Positions 31,379-32,000 of a DNA stretch of 32,000 nucleotides are shown piece by piece. The notes below the pieces were generated by a model. The model did not search any database, had not been told where the DNA came from, and was given only the letters and a program-made list of their open reading frames with translations. Made by a program: the position numbers and the translations under genes. Source of the stretch: an archaeon (GTDB taxonomy: Archaea; Iainarchaeota; Iainarchaeia; Iainarchaeales; CSSED10-239); contig JBBABY010000003.1 in assembly GCA_041657425.1 (NCBI GenBank), positions 106,952 to 138,951 of the forward strand, in the 5' to 3' direction. Position 1 is the stretch's first letter. Each line of letters opens with the position of its first letter.

Positions 31379-31642
31379 ATGATTGAAATTGTTATTCCGT
31401 TGTCGATGATACCCCGCCCAATATTAATTGGTTTAATATTGGGTGTAATAGGTATAATTTGTATTTTGATTTCGTGGAAAATTTTTGATTCTAAAGATAT
31501 TATATTTTTGTTATTTGGGGTAGTGTTATGTTGTATAGGGATTCTTACTTCCGCCGTGTATATGATTAATATTGTGTTGTTAGCGATGCCGCCAATTACT
31601 CCTCCAAACATAACATTCTCAATATTTTTTAAGGTGACGTAA
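31379..31642 (+). CDS. small membrane protein, 87 aa
   Basis: Three hydrophobic segments; same strand as the operon. Preferred over the antisense 31375-31785 ORF. Confidence 0.45.
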   Translation: MIEIVIPLSMIPRPILIGLILGVIGIICILISWKIFDSKDIIFLLFGVVLCCIGILTSAVYMINIVLLAMPPITPPNITFSIFFKVT

Positions 31643-31643
31643 A

Positions 31644-32000
31644 ATGGCCGAACTACCAATCCAACATCAACCAACGGTTGATAAAATTTATAAATATTAT
31701 GTGGATAAAAATATTGAATGGCGAAGACCGCATCTCGGAGCCTCTTTGATCGGTGAGGACTGTCAAAGAAAGTTATGGTATTCATTTAGACACTGCTCTT
31801 CTCCCAATTTCATTGGTAGAATGCAGAGGCTTTTTGCCACGGGGAAAATCGAAGAAGAACGTATTATAAATGATTTGAGAAATATTGGCGTCTGCGTATA
31901 CGACCGTGATCCATCTTCCGGAAAACAATTATCTTGTTTTGACGAGGATTGCCCACACCACAGTGGGAGTGTAGATGGTAACGCCAAAGGGGTTGAAGAG
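31644..32000 (+). CDS. phage-type PD-(D/E)XK (Cas4/RecB-like) exonuclease, N-terminal part (runs off the window; not in the ORF track)
   Basis: Hand translation is open for all 119 codons: MAELPIQHQPTVDKFYKYYVDKNIEWRRPHLGASLIGEDCQRKLWYSFRHC...HHSGSVDGNAKGVEE. The ATG is preceded by AAGGTGA. Confidence 0.5.
   Translation, partial: MAELPIQHQPTVDKIYKYYVDKNIEWRRPHLGASLIGEDCQRKLWYSFRHCSSPNFIGRMQRLFATGKIEEERIINDLRNIGVCVYDRDPSSGKQLSCFDEDCPHHSGSVDGNAKGVEE

Larger units (their letters stand above)
19126..32000. mobile_element. plasmid/virus-like integrated element (partial; right end beyond the window, left end provisional at the tRNA)
   Basis: Contents are a replicase, an iteron origin, a methyltransferase/nuclease module, a phage-type recombination module and chains of 4-nt-overlapping small ORFs. 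No integrase is present in the window. Confidence 0.5.

Noticed and set aside
31375-31987. Minus-strand ORFs 31375-31785 (136 aa) and 31763-31987 (74 aa).
   Set aside because: They lie antisense to a plus-strand operon that has good GGTGA ribosome-binding sites, a plausible membrane protein and an exonuclease-like ORF. The minus-strand products are low-complexity Ile/Asn-rich.
1-32000. Genome-wide stop-codon reassignment, prompted by the UUA-anticodon reading of tRNA-like C.
   Set aside because: Long, motif-complete ORFs are obtained with the standard code. TAA, TAG and TGA all terminate well-supported genes at sensible lengths with coupled downstream starts. Any suppressor role would have to be local or conditional.
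19126-32000. Calling the element a provirus with defined att sites.
   Set aside because: No integrase, capsid, portal or terminase gene is visible, and no long duplicate of a tRNA 3' end was found. Only the local 11-bp repeat at 19004/19119 was seen. The boundaries and the nature of the element are left open.

Overview
This is an AT-rich contig (roughly one-third GC by eye) that looks archaeal. The evidence is TATA-like boxes about 25 nt upstream of several tRNA genes, a bulge-helix-bulge-like tRNA intron, a tRNA-Gln with an A1-U72 pair, GGTGA-type ribosome-binding sites and N-glycan-type sugar genes. The window falls into three blocks.

(1) 1-4950: small Cys-rich or zinc-ribbon ORFs, a solo-tnpB IS200/IS605-family element, and a GC-rich island of co-oriented tRNA and tRNA-like genes. 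Four of these have aberrant, expanded anticodon regions.

(2) 4978-18900: a host-like cell-surface glycan block. It holds a translationally coupled minus-strand operon (GT4, then WbpD-, WbpE-, WbpB- and WbpA-like enzymes, then an AsnB-like amidotransferase). It also holds a polyprenyl-phosphate glycosyltransferase fused to GtrA, a large polytopic membrane protein, and secreted or lipobox proteins rich in N-X-S/T.

(3) 19126 to the window end: a plasmid- or virus-like element next to a tRNA.
- An accessory operon encodes Cys-rich proteins, an NT5C-like nucleotidase and a secreted ComEC-type MBL hydrolase.
- An iteron array plus an AT-rich stretch looks like an origin, followed by an unlisted HTH gene coupled to a primase-polymerase/P-loop replicase.
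- A divergent operon encodes a PD-(D/E)XK nuclease, an N6-adenine methyltransferase and a DUF262-HNH nuclease.
- A recombination module encodes a Sak4-like ATPase (frameshifted), a DUF669-like protein and a partial exonuclease.

No rRNA, CRISPR array, reverse transcriptase or integrase was seen. All family assignments come from motifs read by eye; no searches were run.
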